Assembly: GCA_032718475.1 (NCBI GenBank)
Contig: JAUCBJ010007610.1
Coordinates: forward strand, 1-48,678
DNA: 48,678 nucleotides
Direction of reading: 5' to 3'
Source: Nemertoderma westbladi
Taxonomy: Eukaryota; Animalia; Xenacoelomorpha
The notes under the pieces are model-generated. The model did not search any database. It was not told the DNA's origin and worked only from the letters and a program-made list of their open reading frames with translations. Position 1 is the first letter of the stretch. The number at the start of each line of letters is the position of its first letter. Below are positions 12,136 through 24,700 of the stretch, piece after piece. A program made the translations under genes and the position numbers.

Positions 12136-12569
12136 AAATAATCGCCAGGTTGTCGACCGAACTTTCTAATTTATCTGTACCCATTTTTGGGATCGAAACG
12201 TAATCTGCTGTCTTGCAGCACTCTGTCCAACCTCCCTCTAGCGGGAAGGTTGGCAGGCCCTCTTAGGATCGAAACGTAACTAACTGGCCACTCAGCAGTC
12301 TCCTTGGCTACCCAATCAGGACGCTTCCTGGGAAGGTATTTAAGGAGCTGCTCGCCACTTTTCCTTCACTTCCAAGTCGACAACCCTTTCCTTGTGCAAA
12401 CCCCTGCTTCAAAGTTTAGTGATTTAATTGTTTCCTCTTCTATTTCCTTATTATTTATTGAATTATTAAAAATAAACTCAGTTATCGCTTTTACTCAAAA
12501 TCAACTTTTGCCACCTTCACCTTAAGAAATATCTTCTACCTCTACTTTGGGAGCCGACACACAGTTACA
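12136..12569 (+). repeat. 5' LTR
   Basis: Matches 19699-20128 with ~13 differences counted by eye (~97%). Ends GTTACA. Contains CCAAT (12312), TATTTAA (12337) and AATAAA (12471). Lacks the initial TGT. Confidence 0.93.
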
Positions 12570-12583
12570 CAGCCGACACACAG

Positions 12584-14926
12584 CGGCCACCAAAGAACTT
12601 TTCTCTCGGTTTGGTCAACCAAACGTTTTGATTGCTCTGTACAGCCAGAGGATTGTCAACGCCCCTGCAGTCACTAGTGATAACCCGGATCAACTCCGTA
12701 TTCTGGTCGACACCTTCTCTGCCTCCATCAGAGAGATGGAGTCTCTATTCGAGGACGTGGAGACGACTGGGCTCAATGTGGAGCAAGCCCCACGTGCCTT
12801 CTCCACGAAATTAGCTGGACTCCTCTTGGCTCCACAGCCTATGTCCAAGCTTCCGAAGATGATTGTATTGGAATGGAATCACCGGAACACCGAACCTACC
12901 GGTCGTCACAACCTCGAGGCATTGCTCAACTTCCTCAAGACTGAGCTGGAGGGCCTCGAGGCCTACAGACGCTCTGGAGTGCCGTCCAAGCGTCCTGACC
13001 CTCAACCCCCATCTACCAACACTCGACAAATCCAGAAACCCTCAGTCACCTTCTCTGCTAAAACTCCGATGCCTCCTCGGATCAAAGACCTCCCTAGCGG
13101 TCAGCGGCTCGCAGCAGTGAGGTCACAACGACTCTGCAGCAACTGCCTGGCTGGTGGCCATATCGTGTCCATCTGCCCACAACCTTCCAGCTGCAGGGTG
13201 TGTCCTCTAAAACACCACGGGTTGCTCCATATGGAGCTCACTTCCCCCTCTGGGGGACCTTATAGGGTCGGCTCGTCCTCTACCTCTGATGGGCGTCGTC
13301 CGGCTGCCTCTTCTAATCCTCACCTGGATCCCTCGGTTCCAGAGTTTAGACCTCCTGCCAGGACTACGGTGGCCTGTCGAAGGCCAGACGTGGCACACTT
13401 GCAGACCGCCGTGGTGACCGCTAGCGACCCCTGCCAAACTGCCTCAAGAAAGATCAGTCTCCTCCTAGACACCGGGTCTGAGGAGTCCTACATACCCTCC
13501 AAACTCGCCAACTACCTCGAGCTGCCAGTTCGAGACAGAGCCTCATTTGCTTCTGAGGCTTTCGGTGGCATTGTCTCACCGACTCAGGATCATTGTCAGG
13601 TGGACCTCCTCCTTAGCAAGAGAACCTCATCCCATGGCGTCCGGGCCTGGGTGGTGGACACTATCTGCTCCCCCCTGGGCCCACAAAACCTTAGATCCAC
13701 CGACTGGATCACCATCGACCTGGCAGACCCTGACCCTTCAGCGGTTCGGCCCACAAACTTCCTCCTCGGCGCCGACCTCCTCCCTCGCGTCCTCCTTGCT
13801 GGGATGATCACTGAAGGTGGGGTCATGGCCCAGAATACGATCTTTGGGTGGACCCTCCTTGGCAGTCGCACATCTGCCACACCCAGTCTCTCCCGAGCCT
13901 TCCGTGTGTGTACCAGGAGCCTGGACATCCTGTGGGACCTGGAGACCATCGGGATAGACCACAAATCAGATGATGAAGGTTCAGACTCCTTCATCAAACC
14001 TCGTCTCGTTCATGGATGGTTCGAGATCGACCTCCCTTGGATCGACGTCCGCAGACCATCTTCCAACTACGGCGGAGTCCCCTCGCTCCGGCTGAGACCC
14101 CATCATCTTGAGGCACTCAAACAGCTCGAGTCACTGGGGTACATTGAGAGACTGGTCTCTTCTCCCCCCAACGCGTACTTCCCACCTCACCATGCCGTGG
14201 TCCAGCATGGAAAGACTCGGGTCGTCTTCAATGGGGCAAAGAAATCTCCTAATGGCCTCTCGATCAATGACTGTCTGAAGACGGGGCCAAATCTCCTACC
14301 ATTACTCTTCAACGTGGCTATACGTTTCAGAGTCTACCCTTGTATGGCTGTCGGGGATAGAGTGAAGGCCTTCCACCAAATCTCGATTGCAGACCACGAC
14401 CGCGACTATCTCTTCATTCGGTGGCAAGACGAGGATGGAGAGGTGTTGAGCCACTTCTTGCGCCTCCCCTTCGGCCTGAACTGCTCCCCGAGCACTATAC
14501 AATCCACTCTACGGGTTCTGTTCGGCCTACCCGAGGACTTTGCCCTTCCTCTACCAGTCCCGGACACTGACCACTCGGTCGTTCAACCCCAGGTAAGTGA
14601 CCTCTTGTTCGCTGAATCTCAGGTCAGTGAACCCTCGGTCGTCGAACTCATGGTTGATGACCCCTCAATAGTCAAACCCCTGGTCGATGACCCCTCGGCC
14701 ATCCAACCCCGGGTCATTGACCCATCGGCCATCGGCCCCTACACTCTTTCACGACTCATTGAGAGCCTCTACGGTCATTGTCGATACCCCCCTCAAGCCG
14801 CGATCGAGCTGGCCCCTTGGGAATGTTGTTCGGGTCCACCCTGGAGGATGCACAGCAGATGTCCGGGTCAATGGCCACGTACCCTCGCGCCCCCTTGCCG
14901 GACTTGTACCCCTCGAGATAGACTGA
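12584..14926 (+). pseudogene. Truncated BEL/Pao gag-pol polyprotein
   Basis: CSNCLAGGHIVSIC...CRVCPLKHHGLLH (BEL zinc knuckles); LLDTGSEESYI (aspartic protease); HHAVV..KTRVVFNG, SINDCLKTGPNL, KAFHQI, RLPFGLNCSP (RT). It breaks at ..IESLY before the YxDD aspartates and shifts frame into WPLGNVVRVHPG...RPLAGLVPLEID* (BEL integrase C-terminal, DUF5641-like). Gag N-terminus, RNase H and integrase core are missing. Confidence 0.9.
14562..14739 (+). repeat. Six degenerate in-frame 30-bp (10-aa) repeats within RT
   Basis: DHSVVQPQVS/DLLFAESQVS/EPSVVELMVD/DPSIVKPLVD/DPSAIQPRVI/DPSAIGP. Confidence 0.75.
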
Positions 14927-17900
14927 CTGGCCACGTATCCTCGCGCCCCCTTGCCGGACTTGTTCCCCTCGAGATAGACTGACTGGCCACGTATCCTCGC
15001 GCCCCCTTGCCGGACTTGTTCCCCTCGAGATAGACTGACTGGCCACGTATCCTCGCGCCCCCTTGCCGGACTTGTTCCCCTCGAGATAGACTGACTGGCC
15101 ACGTATCCTCGCGCCCCCTTGCCGGACTTGTTCCCCTCGAGATAGACTGACTGGCCACGTACCCTCGCGCCCCCTTGCCGGACTTGTACCCCTCGAGATA
15201 GACTGACTGGCCACGTACCCTCGCGCCCCCTTGCCGGACTTGTTCCCCTCGAGATAGACTGACTGGCCACGTACCCTCGCGCCCCCTTGCCGGACTTGTT
15301 CCCCTCGAGATAGACTGACTGGCCACGTACCCTCGCGCCCCCTTGCCGGACTTGTACCCCTCGAGATAGACTGACTGGCCACGTACCCTCGCGCCCCCTT
15401 GCCGGACTTGTTCCCCTCGAGATAGACTGACTGGCCACGTATCCTCGCGCCCCCTTGCCGGACTTGTTCCCCTCGAGATAGACTGACTGGCCACGTACCC
15501 TCGCGCCCCCTTGCCGGACTTGTTCCCCTCGAGATAGACTGACTGGCCACGTACCCTCGCGCCCCCCTGCCGGACTTGTACCCCTCGAGATAGACTGACT
15601 GGCCACGTACCCTCGCGCCCCCTTGCCGGACTTGTACCCCTCGAGATAGACTGACTGGCCACGTACCCTCGCGCCCCCTTGCCGGACTTGTTCCCCTCGA
15701 GATAGACTGACTGGCCACGTACCCTCGCGCCCCCTTGCCGGACTTGTACCCCTCGAGATAGACTGACTGGCCACGTACCCTCGCGCCCCCTTGCCGGACT
15801 TGTTCCCCTCGAGATAGACTGACTGGCCACGTACGCTCGCGCCCCCTTGCCGGACTTGTTCCCCTCGAGATAGACTGACTGGCCACGTACCCTCGCGCCC
15901 CCTTGCCGGACTTGTACCCCTCGAGATATACTGACTGGCCACGTACCCTCGCGCCCCCTTGCCGGACTTGTACCCCTCGAGATAGACTGACTGGCCACGT
16001 ACCCTCGCGCCCCCTTGCCGGACTTGTACCCCTCGAGATAGACTGACTGGCCACGTACCCTCGCGCCCCCTTGCCGGACTTGTACCCCTCGAGATAGACT
16101 GACTGGCCACGTACCCTCGCGCCCCCTTGCCGGACTTGTTCCCCTCGAGATAGACTGACTGGCCACGTACCCTCGCGCCCCCTTGCCGGACTTGTACCCC
16201 TCGAGATATACTGACTGGCCACGTACCCTCGCGCCCCCTTGCCGGACTTGTACCCCTCGAGATAGACTGACTGGCCACGTACCCTCGCGCCCCCTTGCCG
16301 GACTTGTACCCCTCGAGATATACTGACTGGCCACGTACCCTCGCGCCCCCTTGCCGGACTTGTACCCCTCGAGATAGACTGACTGGCCACGTACCCTCGC
16401 GCCCCCTTGCCGGACTTGTTCCCCTCGAGATAGACTGACTGGCCACGTACCCTCGCGCCCCCTTGCCGGACTTGTACCCCTCGAGATAGACTGACTGGCC
16501 ACGTACCCTCGCGCCCCCTTGCCGGACTTGTACCCCTCGAGATAGACTGACTGGCCACGTACCCTCGCGCCCCCTTGCCGGACTTGTACCCCTCGAGATA
16601 GACTGACTGGCCACGTACCCTCGCGCCCCCTTGCCGGACTTGTACCCCTCGAGATAGACTGACTGGCCACGTACCCTCGCGCCCCCTTGCCGGACTTGTA
16701 CCCCTCGAGATAGACTGACTGGCCACGTATCCTCGCGCCCCCTTGCCGGACTTGTTCCCCTCGAGATAGACTGACTGGCCACGTATCCTCGCGCCCCCTT
16801 GCCGGACTTGTTCCCCTCGAGATAGACTGACTGGCCACGTATCCTCGCGCCCCCTTGCCGGACTTGTTCCCCTCGAGATAGACTGACTGGCCACGTACCC
16901 TCGCGCCCCCTTGCCGGACTTGTACCCCTCGAGATAGACTGACTGGCCACGTACCCTCGCGCCCCCTTGCCGGACTTGTACCCCTCGAGATAGACTGACT
17001 GGCCACGTACCCTCGCGCCCCCTTGCCGGACTTGTTCCCCTCGAGATAGACTGACTGGCCACGTACCCTCGCGCCCCCTTGCCGGACTTGTACCCCTCGA
17101 GATAGACTGACTGGCCACGTACCCTCGCGCCCCCTTGCCGGACTTGTTCCCCTCGAGATAGACTGACTGGCCACGTACCCTCGCGCCCCCTTGCCGGACT
17201 TGTACCCCTCGAGATAGACTGACTGGCCACGTACCCTCGCGCCCCCTTGCCGGACTTGTTCCCCTCGAGATAGACTGACTGGCCACGTACCCTCGCGCCC
17301 CCTTGCCGGACTTGTTCCCCTCGAGATAGACTGACTGGCCACGTACCCTCGCGCCCCCTTGCCGGACTTGTACCCCTCGAGATAGACTGACTGGCCACGT
17401 ACCCTCGCGCCCCCTTGCCGGACTTGTACCCCTCGAGATAGACTGACTGGCCACGTACCCTCGCGCCCCCTTGCCGGACTTGTACCCCTCGAGATAGACT
17501 GACTGGCCACGTACCCTCGCGCCCCCTTGCCGGACTTGTACCCCTCGAGATAGACTGACTGGCCACGTACCCTCGCGCCCCCTTGCCGGACTTGTACCCC
17601 TCGAGATAGACTGACTGGCCACGTACCCTCGCGCCCCCTTGCCGGACTTGTACCCCTCGAGATAGACTGACTGGCCACGTACCCTCGCGCCCCCTTGCCG
17701 GACTTGTACCCCTCGAGATAGACTGACTGGCCACGTATCCTTGCGCCCCCTTGCCGGACTTGTTCCCCTCGAGATAGACTGACTGGCCACGTACCCTCGC
17801 GCCCCCTTGCCGGACTTGTACCCCTCGAGATAGACTGACTGGCCACGTACCCTCGCGCCCCCTTGCCGGACTTGTACCCCTCGAGATAGACTGACTGGCC

Positions 17901-19409
17901 ACGTACCCTCGCGCCCCCTTGCCGGACTTGTACCCCTCGAGATAGACTGACTGGCCACGTACCCTCGCGCCCCCTTGCCGGACTTGTACCCCTCGAGATA
18001 GACTGACTGGCCACGTACCCTCGCGCCCCCTTGCCGGACTTGTACCCCTCGAGATAGACTGACTGGCCACGTATCCTCGCGCCCCCTTGCCGGACTTGTT
18101 CCCCTCGAGATAGACTGACTGGCCACGTATCCTCGCGCCCCCTTGCCGGACTTGTTCCCCTCGAGATAGACTGACTGGCCACGTATCCTCGCGCCCCCTT
18201 GCCGGACTTGTTCCCCTCGAGATAGACTGACTGGCCACGTACCCTCGCGCCCCCTTGCCGGACTTGTACCCCTCGAGATAGACTGACTGGCCACGTACCC
18301 TCGCGCCCCCTTGCCGGACTTGTACCCCTCGAGATAGACTGACTGGCCACGTACCCTCGCGCCCCCTTGCCGGACTTGTTCCCCTCGAGATAGACTGACT
18401 GGCCACGTACCCTCGCGCCCCCTTGCCGGACTTGTACACCCTCGAGATAGACTGACTGGCCACGTACCCTCGCGCCCCCTTGCCGGACTTGTTCCCCTCG
18501 AGATAGACTGACTGGCCACGTACCCTCGCGCCCCCTTGCCGGACTTGTACCCCTCGAGATAGACTGACTGGCCACGTACCCTCGCGCCCCCTTGCCGGAC
18601 TTGTTCCCCTCGAGATAGACTGACTGGCCACGTACCCTCGCGCCCCCTTGCCGGACTTGTTCCCCTCGAGATAGACTGACTGGCCACGTACCCTCGCGCC
18701 CCCTTGCCGGACTTGTACCCCTCGAGATATACTGACTGGCCACGTACCCTCGCGCCCCCTTGCCGGACTTGTACCCCTCGAGATAGACTGACTGGCCACG
18801 TACCCTCGCGCCCCCTTGCCGGACTTGTACCCCTCGAGATAGACTGACTGGCCACGTACCCTCGCGCCCCCTTGCCGGACTTGTACCCCTCGAGATAGAC
18901 TGACTGGCCACGTACCCTCGCGCCCCCTTGCCGGACTTGTACCCCTCGAGATAGACTGACTGGCCACGTACCCTCGCGCCCCCTTGCCGGACTTGTACCC
19001 CTCGAGATAGACTGACTGGCCACGTACCCTCGCGCCCCCTTGCCGGACTTGTACCCCTCGAGATAGACTGACTGGCCACGTATCCTTGCGCCCCCTTGCC
19101 GGACTTGTTCCCCTCGAGATAGACTGACTGGCCACGTATCCTCGCGCCCCCTTGCCGGACTTGTTCCCCTCGAGATAGACTGACTGGCCACGTATCCTCG
19201 CGCCCCCTTGCCGGACTTGTTCCCCTCGAGATAGACTGACTGGCCACGTACCCTCGCGCCCCCTTGCCGGACTTGTACCCCTCGAGATAGACTGACTGGC
19301 CACGTACCCTCGCGCCCCCTTGCCGGACTTGTACCCCTCGAGATAGACTGACTGGCCACGTACCCTCGCGCCCCCTTGCCGGACTTGTTCCCCTCGAGAT
19401 AGACTGACT
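14873..19409 (+). repeat. 56-bp tandem array, 81 copies, near-identical
   Basis: Unit ggccacgtaYcctcgcgcccccttgccggacttgtWcccctcgagatagactgact. Length 4537 bp = 81x56 + 1 (one inserted base near 18438). Confidence 0.98.
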
Positions 19410-19680
19410 TGCGCCATCTAAGTCTATGTACAATTTCAACGCTTATATTACTCTGTCTCACTTTATTCTATGCTGGTCTTATATTCCGTATTGAATTTAT
19501 ATTAGTATATTGTTACTTTATGTTACTTTATGTTATATGTTACTTTATCTTACTTGTATTGATGTGTAATGATTACTTAATTATTTGAGTGTCTGTATGC
19601 ACTAGTTTAAAATTGGCTTTCCTACTATTTGTTATTTCTTGTATTTTCTGTGATTATTTATCGTCCTATTTTGAGCGATC

Positions 19681-19695
19681 AAAATAGGAGGGGAG
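19681..19695 (+). promoter_or_regulatory. Polypurine tract of the LTR element
   Basis: aaaataggaggggag immediately precedes the TGTAA that starts the 3' LTR. Confidence 0.85.
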
Positions 19696-20128
19696 TGTAA
19701 ATAATCGCCAGGTTGTCGACCGAACTTTCTAATTTATCTGTACCCATTTTTGGGATCGAAACGTAATCTGCTGTCTTGCAGCACTCTGTCCAACCTCCCT
19801 CTAGCGGGAAGGTTGGCAGGCCCTATTAGGATCGAAACGTAACTAACTGGCCACTCAGCAGTCTCCTTGGCTACCCAATCAGGACGCTTCCTGAGACGGT
19901 ATTTAAGGAGCTGCTGGCCACTTTTCCTCACTTCCAAGTCGAGAACCTCTTCCTTGTGCAAACCCCTGCTTCAAAGTTTAGTGATTTAATTGTTTCCTCT
20001 TCTATTTCCTTATTATTCAATGAATTATTAAAAATAAACTCAGTTATCGCTTTCACTCAAAATCAACTTTTTCCACCTTCACCTTAAGAAATCTCTTCTA
20101 CCTCTACTTTGGGAGCCGACACACAGTT
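19696..20128 (+). repeat. 3' LTR
   Basis: Starts TGTAAATAATCG and matches the 5' LTR up to ...acacagtt. Lacks the terminal ACA. Confidence 0.93.
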
Positions 20129-20149
20129 GCCTTCAGCAACTGGGATTCT

Positions 20150-20240
20150 AAAATCGAAGGACTCTGCATCTCCAACGCCCAGTTCGCCACAGGCCTAGAA
20201 CACAGCGTATTGGCGCTATATTATTATTATTATTATTATT
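20150..20240 (+). mobile_element. Probable 3' tail fragment of a LINE/SINE with (ATT)n tail
   Basis: agcg-tattgg-cgct hairpin followed by ata(tta)n, resembling L2/CR1-group 3' ends. Confidence 0.4.
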
Positions 20241-20528
20241 AAAGGAAACCTGTTTATACTAAATTAAATATTTTGTCCTTTTTACTTAGCTTGGACCGTA
20301 TTCTCTTTTATAGGATAGATTAGGCCCCCCATACAGTAGGCGTATTGTTTGCTAAATGTTATTTAGTGTTTTGTCTTGGTTTGGTTTAGGTTTGGGTACA
20401 CATCGTGGTTGTCATATTGACTTTTGTGTTGTGTCTTTTGTTGTTATTTCGATGGACCTGTTGTATTTCGTTATTACTATGACCATTGTTATTGTTATAT
20501 ATATATATATTTATATTTCTCTAGAAGG

Positions 20529-21300
20529 TTAAGGTACATTTTATACGGTTAATATCGATAATGGAATCCAAATATTCTATTGGTTTTGCTGTGTAAACGA
20601 TATTAAATAAATGTGGGCCAATATTAAAATTTCGCGTTTCAAACTCGCTTCGCGGGAAATCGTCTAGCTCGCAAATATACCAATTTTATTGAATTTGGAC
20701 CATCAGAACCGAAGTTAGAGCGATTTTAGTGAAAAAATAAAAGTAATTTTTTTTGCAAAAAAATAAGAATGGTCTATATTGGATTTCGTACCCGCGAACT
20801 TAGGTTTCATTAACGTGATTGATAACCACTAGACTATGTGACCAAGTGAATTTGAAATTTTCGAGTGACTGTATTTAAACCTCAATAACTTCGGTTCTAC
20901 TGGTCCGTTTGATCTGAAACTTTTTTCATTGGATAGAGGATAGATTGTAGTGTGTGAAATAGGATACAACTTGGGAAAAGACGCATGTGCACTTAGTGCA
21001 AAATGAACTTAATGTCCATGAATATGGTCCAAAATCGCAAATGTCGAGATTTATTAAATTGGATTTTTGACACTTTTAGCGACTGACACTTGATTATACA
21101 CCATCGTAGATCGGTAGAGGATAAACATAAGTTTTTTAAATAAGAACCACCATTACGATCTGCTAAAGTGCACTTATACAATTAAGTGTGCAAAAGTGCA
21201 AATTTTTTAATAAGGTCAAATTATATAGTATTGGGTTCTTTTCTTGCAGATACTTTATTTTCATAGTAATATGTTGTTTGGACCATACTGAGCGCATTAG
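20529..21300. mobile_element. Possible non-autonomous DNA transposon fragment (boundaries uncertain)
   Basis: Internal inverted repeat ggaccatcagaaccgaagtta (20697) / taacttcggttctactggtcc (20886). TTAA-GGTAC at 20529 resembles a Kolobok-type left end, but no right end was found. Confidence 0.3.
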
Positions 21301-21712
21301 GGATATGTGTACACATAAAATTTAACAAAAGGTTACATACATGTTGTGTTCATGACGAGATGAGTGAAAATTTATCACGTAATATAAACTAAAAAATTAA
21401 TAGTCGGGCTGGCTCTCCTCCACTTTCTTACCCAATCGAAATGTTATTGTTATAATATAATATTGGGGCGGCTTTCTCTCGTTCTATATATTTATATTTT
21501 TGTAGTTTGAGGTTAGTGAGACTCCTAATAATATCCTTTATTTCTATTCAATAGTATAATTATAAACGTTCGTTGATAGCTCATATTTCTGACTCGCTCC
21601 TCATATCTGCTTATTTTCACAGCAAACATTACGTGTATTACTTCTAATACATGTGACCAAACTACGGAAAAATGCGAAGAAGAATCATCCTACACGCGGT
21701 ACAAGTGTGTTG

Positions 21713-24700
21713 GTTAGTTATGGAATAGTAAATGGTAAACCTCATCTTATACGGCTCACACATAAACTGGTACCGCACATTACAGTAGGAGTTAGTATGG
21801 AATAGTAAATGGTAAACCTCATCTTATACGGCTCACACATAAACTGGTACCGCACATTACAGTAGGAGTTAGTATGGAATAGTAAATGGTAAACCTCATC
21901 TTATACGGCTCACACATAAACTGGTACCGCACATTACAGTAGGAGTTAGTATGGAATAGTAAATGGTAAACCTCATCTTATACGGCTCACACATAAACTG
22001 GTACCGCACATTACAGTAGGAGTTAGTATGGAATAGTAAATGGTAAACCTCATCTTATACGGCTCACACATAAACTGGTACCGCACATTACAGTAGGAGT
22101 TAGTATGGAATAGTAAATGGTAAACCTCATCTTATACGGCTCACACATAACTGGTACCGCACCTTACAGTAGGTGTTGAGTTAGTATGGAATAGTAAATG
22201 GTAAACCTCATCTTATACGGCTCACACATAAACTGGTACCGCACCTTACAGTAAGAGTTAGTATGGAATAGTAAATGGTAAACCTCATCTTATACGGCTC
22301 ACACTCACACATAAACTGGTACCGCACATTACAGTAGGAGTTAGTATGGAATAGTAAATGGTAAACCTCATCTTATACGGCTCACATATAAACTGGTACC
22401 GCACCTTACAGTAGGAGTTAGTATGGAATAGTAAATGGTAAACCTCATCTTATACGGCTCACACATAAACTGGTACCGCACCTTACAGTAGGAGTTAGTA
22501 TGGAATAGTAAATGGTAAACCTCATCTTATACGGCTCACACATAAACTGGTACCGCACCTTACAGTAGGAGTTGAGTTAGTATGGAATAGTAAATGGTAA
22601 ACCTCATTTTATACGGCTCACATATAAACTGGTACGGCACCTTACAGTAGGAGTTAGTATGGAATAGTAAATGGTAAACCTCATCTTATACGGCTCACAC
22701 ATAAACTGGTACCGCACCTTACAGTAGGAGTTGAGTTAGTATGGAATAGTAAATGGTAAACCTCATCTTATATTATACGGCTTACACATAAACTCGTACC
22801 GCACCTTACAGTAGGAGTTGAGTTAGTATGGAATAGTAAATGGTAAACTTCATCTTATACGGCTCACATATAAACTGGTACGGCACCTTACAGTAGGAGT
22901 TAGTATGGAATAGTAAATGGTAAACCTCATCTTATACGGCTCACACATAAACTGGTACCGCACCTTACAGTAGGAGTTGAGTTAGTATGGAATAGTAAAT
23001 GGTAAACTTCATCTTATACGGCTCACATATAAACTGGTACGGCACCTTACAGTAGGAGTTAGTATGGAATAGTAAATGGTAAACCTCATCTTATACGGCT
23101 CACACATAAACTGGTACCGCACCTTACAGTAGGTGTTGAGTTGTATGAAATAGTAAATGCTAAACCTCATCTTATATTATACGGCTCACACATAAACTGG
23201 TACCGCACATTACAGTAGGAGTTAGTATGGAATAGTAAATGGTAAACCTCATTTTATACGGCTCACATATAAACTGGTACGGCACCTTACAGTAGGAGTT
23301 AGTATGGAATAGTAAATGGTAAACCTCATCTTATACGGCTCACACATAAACTGGTACCGCACATTACAGTAGGAGTTGAGTTAGTATGAAATAGTAAATG
23401 CTAAACCTCATCTTATATTATACGGCTTACACATAAACTCGTACCGCACCTTACAGTAGGAGTTAGTATGGAATAGTAAATGGTAAACTTCATCTTATAC
23501 GGCTCACATATAAACTGGTACGGCACCTTACAGTAGGAGTTAGTATGGAATAGTAAATGGTAAACCTCATCTTATACGGCTCACACATAAACTGGTACCG
23601 CACCTTACAGTAGGAGTTGAGTTAGTATGGAATAGTAAATGGTAAACTTCATCTTATACGGCTCACATATAAACTGGTACGGCACCTTACAGTAGGAGTT
23701 AGTATGGAATAGTAAATGGTAAACCTCATCTTATACGGCTCACACATAAACTGGTACTGCACCTTACAGTAGGAGTTAGTATGGAATAGTAAATGCTAAA
23801 CCTCATTTTATACGGCTCACACATAAACTGGTACCGCACCTTACAGTAAGAGTTAGTATGGAATAGTAAATGGTAAACCTCATTTTATACGGCTCACATA
23901 TAAACTGGTACCGCACCTTACAGTAGGAGTTAGTATGGAATAGTAAATGGTAAACCTCATTTTATACGGCTCACACATAAACTGGTACCGCACCTTACAG
24001 TAGGAGTTAGTATGGAATAGTAAATGGTAAACCTCATTTTATACGGCTCACATATAAACTGGTACCGCACCTTACAGTAGGAGTTAGTATGGAATAGTAA
24101 ATGGTAAACCTCATTTTATACGGCTCACATATAAACTGGTACCGCACCTTACAGTAGGAGTTAGTATGGAATAGTAAATGGTAAACCTCATTTTATACGG
24201 CTCACACATAAACTGGTACCGCACCTTACAGTAAGAGTTAGTATGGAATAGTAAATGGTAAACCTCATTTTATACGGCTCACATATAAACTGGTACCGCA
24301 CCTTACAGTAGGAGTTAGTATGGAATAGTAAATGGTAAACCTCATTTTATACGGCTCACATATAAACTGGTACCGCACCTTACAGTAGGAGTTAGTATGG
24401 AATAGTAAATGGTAAACCTCATTTTATACGGCTCACATATAAACTGGTACCGCACCTTACAGTAGGAGTTAGTATGGAATAGTAAATGGTAAACCTCATT
24501 TTATACGGCTCACACATAAACTGGTACCGCACCTTACAGTAGGAGTTAGTATGGAATAGTAAATGGTAAACCTCATCTTATACGGCTCACATATAAACTG
24601 GTACTGCACCTTACAGTAGGAGTTAGTATGGAATAGTAAATGGTAAACTTCATCTTATACGGCTCACACATAAACTGGTACCGCACATTACAGTAGGAGT

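Larger units (their letters stand above)
12136..20128 (+). mobile_element. BEL/Pao LTR retrotransposon, internally deleted and non-autonomous
   Basis: Two ~433-bp LTRs, a polypurine tract, and a gag-pol remnant with BEL-type zinc knuckles, protease, N-half of RT and the integrase C-terminal tail. Confidence 0.93.

Noticed and set aside
12547-12583. Start of the 811-aa ORF as the true gag start
   Set aside because: It begins at a TTG inside the LTR and crosses a deletion junction. The real gag N-terminus is missing.
14873-19409. CRISPR array
   Set aside because: The units are head-to-tail with no unique spacers, there are no cas genes, and the context is eukaryotic.
14749-19461. Three ~1550-aa minus-strand ORFs as real genes
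   Set aside because: They are the three frames of a stop-free 56-bp tandem repeat whose sense strand is the end of pol. There is no domain content or evidence of selection.
20537-20548. 12-bp match (cattttatacgg) to the 77-bp satellite, suggesting the satellite arose from this flank
   Set aside because: Too short and AT-rich to separate from chance.
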